Below are positions 19,288 to 28,313 of a stretch of DNA of 64,000 nucleotides, one piece after another (the stretch's first letter is position 1; every line of letters begins with the position of its first letter). The DNA lies in contig DATEOW010000128.1 in the NCBI GenBank assembly GCA_035273665.1, positions 4,609-68,608 on the forward strand, written 5' to 3'. Source of the stretch: Burkholderiales bacterium (lineage in GTDB: Bacteria > Pseudomonadota > Gammaproteobacteria > Burkholderiales > SG8-39). Made by a program: the position numbers and the translations under genes. The notes beneath the pieces were generated by a model, which did not search any database, was not told where the DNA came from, and was given only the letters and a program-made list of their open reading frames with translations.

Positions 19288-20507
19288 TGAACGCCAACCT
19301 CCTGACCGTCGATGACGCCTTGGCGCGCTTGCTCCAAGGCGTTATTCCCGTCCGCGAGCAGGAGAGCGTCGCAACGCTCGACGCATTGGGCCGTGTCCTG
19401 GCCGTATCTCAGCGGTCAACGATCGATGTGCCGCCAATGGACAACAGCGCGATGGATGGTTATGCCGTACGCGTAGTGGATTGTGCGGGCGGTGCCAAAC
19501 TTAGAATCTCCCAACGTATTGCCGCAGGCGATCGGCCGCAGCCGCTTGCTGCAGGCACGGCTGCTCGCATATTCACGGGCGCCCCCATTCCACCGGGGGC
19601 CGATGCCATTGTGATGCAGGAATTTTGCAGCGTGGAAGGTGACACTGTGCTGGTCAATGCGCCGCCGCGTTTAGGACATTGGGTGCGTAAACGCGGCGAA
19701 GATGTTCCGGCAGGGGGCGTTATCCTCTCTGCAGGACGAAAGTTGCAACCACAAGATATCGGTCTTGCTTCCTCTGTCGGCCTCGCGAGCTTGCCGGTGT
19801 TCCGACGCCTGAAAGTGGGCGTTTTCTTTACGGGGAGCGAACTCGTAATGCCCGGCGAGCCGCTGCCCGAAGGCGCGATCTACAACTCCAATCGCTTCAC
19901 GCTGAATAGTCTATTGCAGCGCATGGGTTGCGAAGTGATGGATCTGGGAATCGTTCCGGATACTCTAGAGGCCACGCGCGCAGCCTTCCGCAAGGCGGCC
20001 GCGGCCAGCGATCTCGTCATTACCAGCGGCGGCATGTCGGTCGGCGAGGAGGACCACGTCAAACCGGCGGTGGAAGCGGAAGGCCGTCTCGATATGTGGC
20101 GCATCGCCATGAAACCGGGCAAGCCCTTGGCCTTCGGTTTCTTACGCAAAGACTCAGGGGGTGGTGAAGCTGCCTTCATCGGGCTGCCCGGCAACCCGGT
20201 GTCGACTTTCATTTGTTTTCTCATTTTTGTGCGCCCTTATATTCTTCGCGCACAAGGCGTGGAGGAGATCGCGGCGAAAGTTTTTTCGCTCGAAGCCGAT
20301 TTCGACTGGGTTCAGCCCGACGCTCGGCGGGAATTCTTGCGCGTGCGAGTAAACGTACACGGCAAACTCGAGCTTTTTCCGAATCAAAGCTCCGCAGTGC
20401 TAACGTCCTGCGTGTGGGGCGACGGATTGATCGATAATCCCCCTAAGCAACCTATTGCAAAAGGGCAGCACGTGCCCTATCTACCTTTCAATGCGCTGTT
20501 CGATTGA
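19287..20507 (+). CDS. moeA: Molybdopterin molybdenumtransferase MoeA
   Basis: 406 aa. MoeA motifs PPMDNSAMDGYA, TGAPIP.GADAVV, ITSGGMSVGEEDH, GLPGNPVS. Confidence 0.9.
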   Translation: MNANLLTVDDALARLLQGVIPVREQESVATLDALGRVLAVSQRSTIDVPPMDNSAMDGYAVRVVDCAGGAKLRISQRIAAGDRPQPLAAGTAARIFTGAPIPPGADAIVMQEFCSVEGDTVLVNAPPRLGHWVRKRGEDVPAGGVILSAGRKLQPQDIGLASSVGLASLPVFRRLKVGVFFTGSELVMPGEPLPEGAIYNSNRFTLNSLLQRMGCEVMDLGIVPDTLEATRAAFRKAAAASDLVITSGGMSVGEEDHVKPAVEAEGRLDMWRIAMKPGKPLAFGFLRKDSGGGEAAFIGLPGNPVSTFICFLIFVRPYILRAQGVEEIAAKVFSLEADFDWVQPDARREFLRVRVNVHGKLELFPNQSSAVLTSCVWGDGLIDNPPKQPIAKGQHVPYLPFNALFD

Positions 20508-20514
20508 GGGACCG

Positions 20515-20769
20515 ATGATTAAGCTCGTCTTTTTTGCCAGATTGCGAGAAGACCTCGGCGTCGCCGATGAGCAATTGCAATTGCCTGAACACGTGAAGAC
20601 GGTCGACGCTTTGCGGCGTCATCTGATCGGACGAGGCGGCCGGTGGGAAGAGATCCTGGCGCCGAATAAATCGCTGCGCGTCGCGGTCAATCAAGAGATG
20701 GCGAAGGGCGAGACGACTGTGCAAGCGGGTGACGAAGTCGCGTTTTTCCCGCCGGTGACAGGCGGCTAA
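20515..20769 (+). CDS. moaD: Molybdopterin synthase sulfur-carrier subunit MoaD
   Basis: 84 aa starting MIKLVFFARLRE and ending in the Gly-Gly tail (PPVTGG). The ORF-track start at 20455 is an upstream extension overlapping moeA. Confidence 0.85.
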   Translation: MIKLVFFARLREDLGVADEQLQLPEHVKTVDALRRHLIGRGGRWEEILAPNKSLRVAVNQEMAKGETTVQAGDEVAFFPPVTGG

Positions 20770-20771
20770 GC

Positions 20772-21236
20772 GTGCGTCTAAGCGTCCAGACCGAGGACTT
20801 CGATGTGAGCGCCGAAATCCGTGCGCTTCGAGAAGGCCGGCCTGAGGTCGGCGCGGTGGCCAGTTTCATCGGCATCGTTCGCGACATGAACGAGGGCGAC
20901 CAGGTCAGCACGATGACCCTTGAACACTATCCCGGCATGACGGAAAAGGCGCTTGGCGCCATAGTGGAAGAGGCGAAACAACGCTGGCAATTTATCGATG
21001 CAACGGTGATTCATCGCATCGGCGAGTTGAAGCCACTTGATCAAATCGTGCTTGTCATCGTCGCGGCGGCACATCGCGGCGCAGCCTTCGCCGCTTGCGA
21101 ATTCATCATGGATTATCTGAAAACGCGCGCACCTTTCTGGAAAAAAGAAAGTACACCCCATGGTCAGCGCTGGGTGGAGGCAAGAGCGGGCGATGACGCG
21201 GCAGCCGAACGCTGGCAAAGCGGCGACGAGACATGA
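20772..21236 (+). CDS. moaE: Molybdopterin synthase catalytic subunit MoaE
   Basis: GVVASFIG.VRD...LEHYPGMTEKAL...HRGAAF. GTG start 2 nt after the moaD stop. Confidence 0.9.
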   Translation: MRLSVQTEDFDVSAEIRALREGRPEVGAVASFIGIVRDMNEGDQVSTMTLEHYPGMTEKALGAIVEEAKQRWQFIDATVIHRIGELKPLDQIVLVIVAAAHRGAAFAACEFIMDYLKTRAPFWKKESTPHGQRWVEARAGDDAAAERWQSGDET

Positions 21237-21619
21237 ACGGCGGCGCTTTTCTCGCCGTGGGTGTCGGTGCGGTATTGGGCGCTTATGGGCGCTGGGGCTT
21301 GAGCGCTTGGTTGAACCCCTCGAGCCCCAATGTGCCGACGGGAACCTTGCTCGCAAACGCGATCGGCGGCTATCTCGTGGGACTCGCCATCGGTTGGTTC
21401 GCGCAACATCCGGAGGCGTCGCCCGAGCTGCGGTTGTTCGTGATAACCGGTTTCCTCGGCGCGCTGACGACCTTCTCGACCTTTTCCGCGGAAGCCGTAG
21501 CGCTCTTGATCCGGGCCCAGTATCTGACGGCGTTCGTGCACATCGGCCTGCATTTAATCACCTCGCTCTTGCTAACCGTAGGGGGGCTGTATACGGTAAA
21601 TTTATTGGCACGCCAGTAA
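21233..21619 (+). CDS. crcB: Fluoride channel CrcB/FluC
   Basis: 128 aa with 4 TM segments and a CrcB-like GFLGALTTFSTF motif. Start overlaps the moaE stop (ATGA). Confidence 0.85.
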   Translation: MNGGAFLAVGVGAVLGAYGRWGLSAWLNPSSPNVPTGTLLANAIGGYLVGLAIGWFAQHPEASPELRLFVITGFLGALTTFSTFSAEAVALLIRAQYLTAFVHIGLHLITSLLLTVGGLYTVNLLARQ

Positions 21620-21630
21620 CGGAGGCAACC

Positions 21631-21966
21631 ATGTCCAAAGGCATGCGAGTCGAGTTGTTTTTTCCCGAGGACGAGAAGCACAAGCATGTGCTGATCGAAA
21701 AATGGATTTTCGAAGCGGCGCGCTGGGCCGGGATTCCGGGCGGGGCGATTTACCGTGCGCATGCCGGCTATGGGCGGCATGGCGAATTGCGCGACGAAGG
21801 CATTTTCGATATGGATCGGGCTCATCCCATGATGGCTTCCTTCATTACCAACCCGGCAACGGCGCAGAAGTTTCTGGACTACCTCGCCAAGGAGGGGTTG
21901 GACGTGTTCTACACTCGGTCCGAAGTGGAATACGGCCGCGTGGGCGAGCATCCGCTTCGGACTTGA
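21631..21966 (+). CDS. DUF190 domain protein (frequent crcB partner)
   Basis: ATG after GGAGG. 111 aa. The ORF-track ORF 21160..21966 is an artefactual 5' extension across crcB. Confidence 0.7.
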   Translation: MSKGMRVELFFPEDEKHKHVLIEKWIFEAARWAGIPGGAIYRAHAGYGRHGELRDEGIFDMDRAHPMMASFITNPATAQKFLDYLAKEGLDVFYTRSEVEYGRVGEHPLRT

Positions 21967-21980
21967 ATTAGTATCGGCCC

Positions 21981-22307
21981 ATGCGCAAGCACTCCCGCTC
22001 CTTCCTCCTATTTCTCGCGATCCTATTGGCGCTGCCCATGCAGGCTTACGCTTTCTATGCGGCGAGCGATTGCCCCATGGCGGCGGCGCATCTGGACGGC
22101 TCCATGCCGATGGACGATTGCGAAGGCTGCGAGGCGGGTGGCGCCTGCGGGTTGATGAACTTCTGCCAGAGTTTGCAGCCGGGCGTCTTGTCTTTCACCG
22201 ACGCAGCGGTCGCCATGTCCGCTTTAGGGCTCCACTTCCTTGTCACCGCTGCAGATTTTCGCACCCGCGCGCTCGCGCCGCCACACGAACCGCCTCGAAC
22301 TCTCTGA
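21981..22307 (+). CDS. Small secreted Cys/Met-rich protein (putative periplasmic metal-binding)
   Basis: Signal peptide (...PMQAYA), then CPMAAAHLDGSMPMDDCEGCEAGGACGLMNFC. Confidence 0.5.
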   Translation: MRKHSRSFLLFLAILLALPMQAYAFYAASDCPMAAAHLDGSMPMDDCEGCEAGGACGLMNFCQSLQPGVLSFTDAAVAMSALGLHFLVTAADFRTRALAPPHEPPRTL

Positions 22308-22358
22308 AAAATAGCGCTGCGTTCCTAGACGCGGCTTTCTTATTTTTCGGAGAAGATC

Positions 22359-23015
22359 ATGAAAATTTTCTACGCGCTGGTGTGCAGCTTCACGCTGTTC
22401 GCGGCCGGCACTGCCCATGCAGGATTATTCATCCCCAAGGGCAGCCATATGAGCATGGCGATGTACTCGCCGGATAGCCAGTCGGTCGAACTGGCGCATG
22501 GCTTCACGCGGGATTGGAGCGGTTCGGTCGGCTATCACCGTTATCTGAGCGATGACGAGCAGATCGAACGCGAGTTCTACACCCTGCAGGCGAGTTATCT
22601 TGCGCTGCGTCTCTTTCAGGACGACGGCATCGCCAACGTCTATGTTTTGGGCGGTCCCTTGCTCGCGCATAGCCAGGAATCGTCCGACGACAAGCTTGGT
22701 TTTCAGACCGGCTTATGGGCGGACTACGAAACACGCCGCATCTACACGCGCGCATCGGTGCAAACGCACTGGACGAGCGCCTTTAGTCAAACCGTGATGA
22801 CGGGCCAAGCACTTTGGGCACCCTATGCGGCGGATTACGAAGATGTGGCGACCTGGATCGGCTTGCAGGTCGAGAGACGCAATGGTCTCTCGAACGCGAC
22901 GCAAGTGACGCCCTTGCTGCGGTTCTTCCAACGCAGTTGGTGGGTGGACGGCGGTGTGAGCGTGAACAGCAAGCATCGCGGCGACGTCTTCATCAATCTC
23001 ATGCTTTTATTTTGA
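22359..23015 (+). CDS. Putative small outer-membrane beta-barrel protein
   Basis: Signal peptide (...GTAHAG), alternating amphipathic strands, C-terminal aromatic residue (..LMLLF). Confidence 0.5.
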   Translation: MKIFYALVCSFTLFAAGTAHAGLFIPKGSHMSMAMYSPDSQSVELAHGFTRDWSGSVGYHRYLSDDEQIEREFYTLQASYLALRLFQDDGIANVYVLGGPLLAHSQESSDDKLGFQTGLWADYETRRIYTRASVQTHWTSAFSQTVMTGQALWAPYAADYEDVATWIGLQVERRNGLSNATQVTPLLRFFQRSWWVDGGVSVNSKHRGDVFINLMLLF

Positions 23016-23026
23016 AGGACAATCCA

Positions 23027-23356
23027 ATGAAGAAATTTATTGTTTTATTACTGCTGAGTTTCGCGCTGCCGGCCGCCGCGGAGACGATCAAACTGCGAGT
23101 GGACGGGCTCGTCTGCGCCTTTTGCGCTTCATCCATCGACAAAAAACTGCGTACCAATGCTGCCACGGAAGATGTCTTCGTCAGTTTGGAACATAAGCTC
23201 GTCGCCATCGCGCTCAAGGATGGCCAGACCATCAGCGACGAAACGCTCAAGACACAAATCGTCGACGCGGGCTATGAGGTAAAGAGTATTGAACGCACGC
23301 AAGAATCGCTTAGCGATATCCGCGCGGCGATCAAAGCGAAGAAAGCGGGGCAGTGA
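23027..23356 (+). CDS. Periplasmic heavy-metal-associated (HMA, MerP/CopZ-like) protein
   Basis: Signal peptide MKKFIVLLLLSFALPAAA, then an HMA fold with GLVCAFC (variant of GMTCxxC). Confidence 0.7.
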   Translation: MKKFIVLLLLSFALPAAAETIKLRVDGLVCAFCASSIDKKLRTNAATEDVFVSLEHKLVAIALKDGQTISDETLKTQIVDAGYEVKSIERTQESLSDIRAAIKAKKAGQ

Positions 23357-23733
23357 TGGATACCGGTACGACTGACCGGGGAATGGCATGGTTCAGCATC
23401 TTCACCAGCGCTTCAACGCTCGTGTGCTGCGCCTTGCCGGCATTATTGGTCAGCGTCGGCGCAGGCGCAGCACTGGTTTCGTTGACCAGCAATTTCCCGC
23501 AGCTCATCTGGCTATCCGAGCATAAGCCAGGTGTTTTTGGACTGGCGGGTGGGATGCTGCTCGCGGTGGGGCTATTGCAATGGCGTTCGCGCCGTCTGCC
23601 TTGCCCCATTGACACCGCGCTCGGGAGAGCCTGTATGCGACAACGTCGTGTGTCGATACGAATCTATTGCGTTTCTGTGGCGATCTATGCGATCGGTACG
23701 TTTTTCGCCTTCGTCGCGCCGTATTTACTATGA
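23356..23733 (+). CDS. MerT-like metal-transport membrane protein
   Basis: ATG overlaps the HMA stop (TGATG). First TM carries a vicinal Cys pair (LVCCALPALL). Second Cys-containing loop (LPCP...GRAC). 3-4 TM segments. Confidence 0.45.
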   Translation: MDTGTTDRGMAWFSIFTSASTLVCCALPALLVSVGAGAALVSLTSNFPQLIWLSEHKPGVFGLAGGMLLAVGLLQWRSRRLPCPIDTALGRACMRQRRVSIRIYCVSVAIYAIGTFFAFVAPYLL

Positions 23734-25026
23734 GTTCACGCCGGCGAGCTTGGCGTTTGCCTGGCTTAGCCGGTCGATGAGCATGCGCATGAATGCTTTT
23801 TGGAAACCGCTCTGACAATTGGCGCTCGCGCCACGCAACGCTCCGCTTTTGATTTCGAGCACCACTATTTCGGTATTCGCTTTGATCGTGGTGCTGCGCT
23901 GCGTGTGGCGGTCGTGGAAATAAAGCAGTTCCCCGAAAATGGCACCGGACCCGAGCGTGTTGATGCTTTTCTCGCCGAGCGAGACGTCGACTTCGCCTTG
24001 CACCAGAAGAAAAAAGCTGTCGCCGTGTTCGCCTTCGCGAATGATGACCGTGCTCTTTGGAACGGTGCGCCACGCGCCGATGCGCAGTGCTTCCCATAAA
24101 TTGACGTCGTCGAAATCCGAGAAGAATGACAGGCCGCGCAGTTCAGTGAATTTTTCTGAATCCGACAGCGTCTCGCCTTGCAGACGCAAGGCGCCGAAAG
24201 CGCGCGACAAATCCTTGCCGAATTCGAACCAGCTCTGATAACGCCTTGCCGGCTCTTTTTGCATCGCCTTGAGGCAGATCTGGTCGAGGAGCTTCGGCAG
24301 GTCGGGGCGGGCGGATGAAGGCGGGGGCGGATTGACGTTGAGGATTTCGTAAGTCAAGGAGAGCTGGTTCGATGCATTAAAAGGAAGACGCCCGGTGAGG
24401 AGCTTGTACATCATCACGCCGAGCGAGTAGATGTCGGTCTGATGCGTCACGTCCTCGAGGCGGATCTGCTCGGGCGACATGTACGCCGGGGAGCCGATAC
24501 CGCTGATCTGGGTCGTCTGATCCACGAGCGCCTCCTGGAAGGAAGCCCCAAAATCGCTCACCTTGATATCGCCTGTTTGACTATAAAGAATATTGCCGGG
24601 CTTGATGTCTCGGTGGATCACGCCCATCTGGAAGGCGTAGTCCAGCGCGCGGATGCACTTAAAGATGATCTCCACCACCTTGCCGAGCGGGAGCAGGTTA
24701 TCGACTTCGCAAAAATTTTCCAATGTCGTGCCCGGGACATGCTCCATAACGATGTAGCTGTACTCCGGCTCGTTCACCGCATCGTAGATTTCGACAATAT
24801 GCGGGTGGATCAGACGCCCGGCGAGCGATTGTTCGGCCATGAAGCCCTTGCGCATCAGGCGGGCATCCCGTTCACCCAAATGATCTTCGTGAAAGAAAAC
24901 CTTGATCGCGACATCCCGTTCCGCGAAGGGGTCCCGGCTAAGATAGACGCGACTTGTCGCCCCCCGGCCGATTTCGCGGATGATGCCGTACTTGCCGATG
25001 CGCTCCTCGAGTTCGAATTTCAACAT
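23728..25026 (-). CDS. Eukaryotic-like Ser/Thr protein kinase fused to a C-terminal cyclic-nucleotide-binding domain
   Basis: Start MLKFELEE at 25026. The longer ORF-track start at 25176 would cover the clpB promoter. Kinase motifs GRGATSRVY, VAIK, HRDIKPGNIL, DFG, SPEQ. cNMP domain FGELLYF...RSTTIKA. Confidence 0.8.
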   Translation of the reverse strand: MLKFELEERIGKYGIIREIGRGATSRVYLSRDPFAERDVAIKVFFHEDHLGERDARLMRKGFMAEQSLAGRLIHPHIVEIYDAVNEPEYSYIVMEHVPGTTLENFCEVDNLLPLGKVVEIIFKCIRALDYAFQMGVIHRDIKPGNILYSQTGDIKVSDFGASFQEALVDQTTQISGIGSPAYMSPEQIRLEDVTHQTDIYSLGVMMYKLLTGRLPFNASNQLSLTYEILNVNPPPPSSARPDLPKLLDQICLKAMQKEPARRYQSWFEFGKDLSRAFGALRLQGETLSDSEKFTELRGLSFFSDFDDVNLWEALRIGAWRTVPKSTVIIREGEHGDSFFLLVQGEVDVSLGEKSINTLGSGAIFGELLYFHDRHTQRSTTIKANTEIVVLEIKSGALRGASANCQSGFQKAFMRMLIDRLSQANAKLAGVNS

Positions 25027-25139
25027 GAGGCGGCGGCGCCTGCGGGCGTGTGGGACGGCATGAAGATGGCTGCGGATGAAAGAAAGCAGGAGTTTAACGC
25101 AAGCTATGCAAGCGGCATAAAGGCCGAACGACTGCGGGC

Positions 25140-25167
25140 CTTGAAAACCGGACTTTCGGCCGCATTT
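25140..25167 (+). promoter_or_regulatory. RpoH (sigma32)-type heat-shock promoter of clpB
   Basis: CTTGAAA-13 nt-CCGCATTT against the consensus CTTGAAA-N13-15-CCCCATNT, about 30 nt upstream of the clpB ATG. Confidence 0.5.
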
Positions 25168-25197
25168 CCAGGCCAACCAGGATAAAGGAAGGCTGTG

Positions 25198-27807
25198 ATG
25201 CGTTTAGATAAACTGACCACGAAATTTCAGCAGGCGCTGGCAGATGCCCAAAGCCTGGCGGTGGGCGCGGACAATTCCTTCATCGAGCCACCGCATTTGA
25301 TGTTGGCGCTTCTGCAACAGCAAGACGCCGGAAGCAGTTCCCTGCTCCAGCGCGCTGGGGTGAACCTCGTCAAATTACAAGAAGAGCTAAAACGCCAGAT
25401 CGAGCGGTTGCCCAAAGTAGAAGGGACGGGCGGTGAGGTGAGTATTTCTCGCGGCTTGGCTAACCTGCTGAACATCACCGACAAAGAATCGCAGAAGCGA
25501 GGCGACCAGTTCATCGCCTCCGAGATGTTTTTACTCGCCGCCACAGAGGACAAAGGCGACTTAGGCCGTGCGCTGCGAGAAGCGGGCGGGACTCGCAAAG
25601 CGATCGAGCAGGCGATTAACACCGTACGCGGCGGCGAGTCGGTGGGTAGCGCCGAAGCCGAGGGCCACCGCGAAGCGCTAAAAAAATACACTTTGGACCT
25701 AACGGAGCGCGCGCGTATCGGGAAGCTCGATCCCGTGATTGGCCGCGACGACGAAATCCGTCGCACCATTCAGATTCTGCAGCGCCGCACGAAAAACAAT
25801 CCTGTGCTCATCGGCGAGCCGGGTGTGGGGAAAACCGCGATCGTCGAGGGACTGGCACAGCGCATCGTCAACGGCGAAGTCCCGGAAACGCTAAAAAACA
25901 AGCGGGTGTTATCGCTCGACATGGCGGCGCTGCTCGCGGGCGCGAAATATCGTGGCGAATTCGAAGAACGCCTCAAGGCCGTACTCAACGAGCTGTCGAA
26001 AGATGAAGGTCAAACCATCGTCTTCATCGACGAGCTGCATACGATGGTAGGCGCCGGCAAAGCCGAAGGCGCCATGGACGCCGGCAACATGCTCAAGCCT
26101 GCGTTGGCCCGCGGGGAACTGCATTGCGTGGGCGCAACGACGCTTGACGAATACCGCAAGTACATCGAAAAAGATGCGGCGCTCGAACGCCGTTTCCAAA
26201 AAGTGCTCGTGGATGAACCGTCGGTGGAAGCGACTATCGCAATTCTCCGCGGTTTGCAGGAAAAATACGAAGTCCATCACGGGGTCGACATCACCGATCC
26301 CGCGATTGTCGCCGCCGCGGAACTCTCGCATCGGTACATCACCGATCGCTTTTTACCGGACAAAGCCATCGACTTGATTGACGAAGCGGCCGCACGGATA
26401 AAAATGGAGATCGATTCAAAGCCAGAGGCGATGGACCGGCTCGACCGCCGTTTGATACAGCTAAAAATCGAACGCGAGGCAGTCAAGAAAGAAAAAGACG
26501 AAGCCTCTCAGAAACGGTTGACGCTGATCGAAGGGGAAATTGAGCGCCTCGAAAAAGAGTATGCGGATCTGGAAGAAGTGTGGAAGGCGGAGAAGGCGGC
26601 CGTACACGGGTTCCAGCACGTCAAGGAAGCGCTGGAGAAAGCCAAGCTGGATATGGATACCGCCAAACGCAAAGGCGATTGGCAGAAGATGTCCGAGCTA
26701 CAGTACGGGACAATTCCGCAGCTCGAAGCACAGTTGAAGAAGGTTGAAAACGCGGATCAAGCGCCCAAGCCGAAACTGCTGCGTACCGAAGTAGGCGCGG
26801 AAGAGATCGCCGAAGTGGTATCGCGCGCCACTGGCATCCCGGTATCGAAAATGATGCAGGGCGAGCGCGACAAGTTGCTGGCGATGGAAGCCAAGTTGCA
26901 CGAACGCGTCGTCGGCCAGGACGAAGCGGTGCGGCTCGTCGCTGACGCGATCCGCCGTTCCCGCGCAGGCTTGTCCGATCCGAACAGACCTTATGGTTCG
27001 TTCCTGTTCCTGGGCCCCACCGGCGTCGGAAAGACAGAGTTGTCCAAGGCGCTTGCGAGCTTCCTCTTCGATTCTGAAGACTATCTCGTGCGTATCGACA
27101 TGTCCGAATTCATGGAGAAACATTCGGTCGCGCGTCTTATTGGCGCGCCCCCCGGCTACGTGGGCTATGAAGAGGGCGGTTATCTGACCGAGGCAGTGCG
27201 CCGTAAACCGTATTCGGTCATCTTGCTGGACGAGGTCGAAAAAGCGCATCCCGACGTTTTCAATGTGTTGCTTCAGGTGTTGGACGATGGCCGCATGACG
27301 GACGGTCAAGGCCGAACGGTGGACTTCAAGAACACGGTGATTGTGATGACCTCGAATCTCGGTTCGCCGATGATCCAGTCCATGGCGGGCGACGATCCTG
27401 CATTGATCAAACTCGCGGTGATGGCGGAGGTGAAAACGCATTTTCGGCCGGAATTTATCAACCGTGTGGATGAAATCGTTGTTTTCCACGCTCTGGACGA
27501 GAAGCACATCGCCGGCATTGCACGTATTCAGCTGCGCGGCCTGGAAGACCGGCTAGCGAAGATGGAAATGAAACTCGACGTGAGCGACGCGGCACTCAGA
27601 GAGCTGGCGAGTATCGGTTTTGACCCGGTGTTCGGGGCGCGGCCGCTTAAGCGTGCCATTCAGCAGCAGATCGAAAATCCGCTGGCCAAGCAGATTCTCG
27701 AAGGACAATTCGGCCCGAAAGATCTTGTGTATGTCGATTACAGCGGCGGCGCGATGCGTTTTGCCAAGACTGCGCCTAACGCGCCCTTGCGGGAAGCGGC
27801 GCGTTAA
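25198..27807 (+). CDS. clpB: Chaperone disaggregase ClpB
   Basis: [12 protein letters not shown]-terminus, two AAA+ modules ([16 protein letters not shown]), middle coiled-coil. 869 aa. Confidence 0.97.
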   Translation: MRLDKLTTKFQQALADAQSLAVGADNSFIEPPHLMLALLQQQDAGSSSLLQRAGVNLVKLQEELKRQIERLPKVEGTGGEVSISRGLANLLNITDKESQKRGDQFIASEMFLLAATEDKGDLGRALREAGGTRKAIEQAINTVRGGESVGSAEAEGHREALKKYTLDLTERARIGKLDPVIGRDDEIRRTIQILQRRTKNNPVLIGEPGVGKTAIVEGLAQRIVNGEVPETLKNKRVLSLDMAALLAGAKYRGEFEERLKAVLNELSKDEGQTIVFIDELHTMVGAGKAEGAMDAGNMLKPALARGELHCVGATTLDEYRKYIEKDAALERRFQKVLVDEPSVEATIAILRGLQEKYEVHHGVDITDPAIVAAAELSHRYITDRFLPDKAIDLIDEAAARIKMEIDSKPEAMDRLDRRLIQLKIEREAVKKEKDEASQKRLTLIEGEIERLEKEYADLEEVWKAEKAAVHGFQHVKEALEKAKLDMDTAKRKGDWQKMSELQYGTIPQLEAQLKKVENADQAPKPKLLRTEVGAEEIAEVVSRATGIPVSKMMQGERDKLLAMEAKLHERVVGQDEAVRLVADAIRRSRAGLSDPNRPYGSFLFLGPTGVGKTELSKALASFLFDSEDYLVRIDMSEFMEKHSVARLIGAPPGYVGYEEGGYLTEAVRRKPYSVILLDEVEKAHPDVFNVLLQVLDDGRMTDGQGRTVDFKNTVIVMTSNLGSPMIQSMAGDDPALIKLAVMAEVKTHFRPEFINRVDEIVVFHALDEKHIAGIARIQLRGLEDRLAKMEMKLDVSDAALRELASIGFDPVFGARPLKRAIQQQIENPLAKQILEGQFGPKDLVYVDYSGGAMRFAKTAPNAPLREAAR

Positions 27808-27875
27808 GCCCACGCATTGACGCTGCGCCGCTTTTTGGGGCAAGCTGCGGTAAGACATGTTTGTGGAGGCGGCGC

Positions 27876-28313
27876 GTGTATAAAAAGATTCTGCTGGCCT
27901 ACAACGGTACTTCCGAGGGGCGCTCGGCGTTACTTGCCTGTGCCGAATTGGCCGCCTTCGTGAAAGCGGAGACGCATTTGCTGTCCGTTGCCAGCTTGCC
28001 CTCGAGTATGTTCCTCACCGAGGGTTTTCTCCCGGAGGAGATCATCGAGGAAGAAAAAAAACGGATGCAACTCATCCTCGATGAGGGACTTGCCGGCTTG
28101 ACCGAGAAGGGATTTAGCGTCACGGGCCATCTCGCGGTGGGTGAGCCGGTAGAAGAAATCTCGCGTATTGCGACTGAACTCGGTTGTGATTTGATCGTGG
28201 TGGGGCACCGGCAGAAACAATCTTTCGGACAGCGCTGGTGGCGCGGTTCGGTGGGGGCCTCGTTACTCGATTTTTCCCCCTGCAGCATTCTCGTTGCGCG
28301 CTCGCGCGACTAA
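27876..28313 (+). CDS. Universal stress protein (UspA family)
   Basis: GTG start 7 nt after GGAGG (the track's TTG at 27861 is less likely). YKKILLAYNGT...DLIVVGHR...GSV motif. Confidence 0.75.
   Translation: MYKKILLAYNGTSEGRSALLACAELAAFVKAETHLLSVASLPSSMFLTEGFLPEEIIEEEKKRMQLILDEGLAGLTEKGFSVTGHLAVGEPVEEISRIATELGCDLIVVGHRQKQSFGQRWWRGSVGASLLDFSPCSILVARSRD

Noticed and set aside
21160-21966. Upstream-extended ORF-track starts (21160 for DUF190, 25176 for the kinase, 32501 for the 3-TM protein, 41923 for PRC-barrel, 52145 for the carbamoyltransferase, 53262 and 48455 for the GT9 genes, 55030 for GT4, 58733 for hemerythrin)
   Set aside because: The extensions run through neighbouring genes, promoters or terminators and lack homology-like sequence. 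Internal ATG or GTG codons with an RBS or stop-start coupling give family-typical N-termini.
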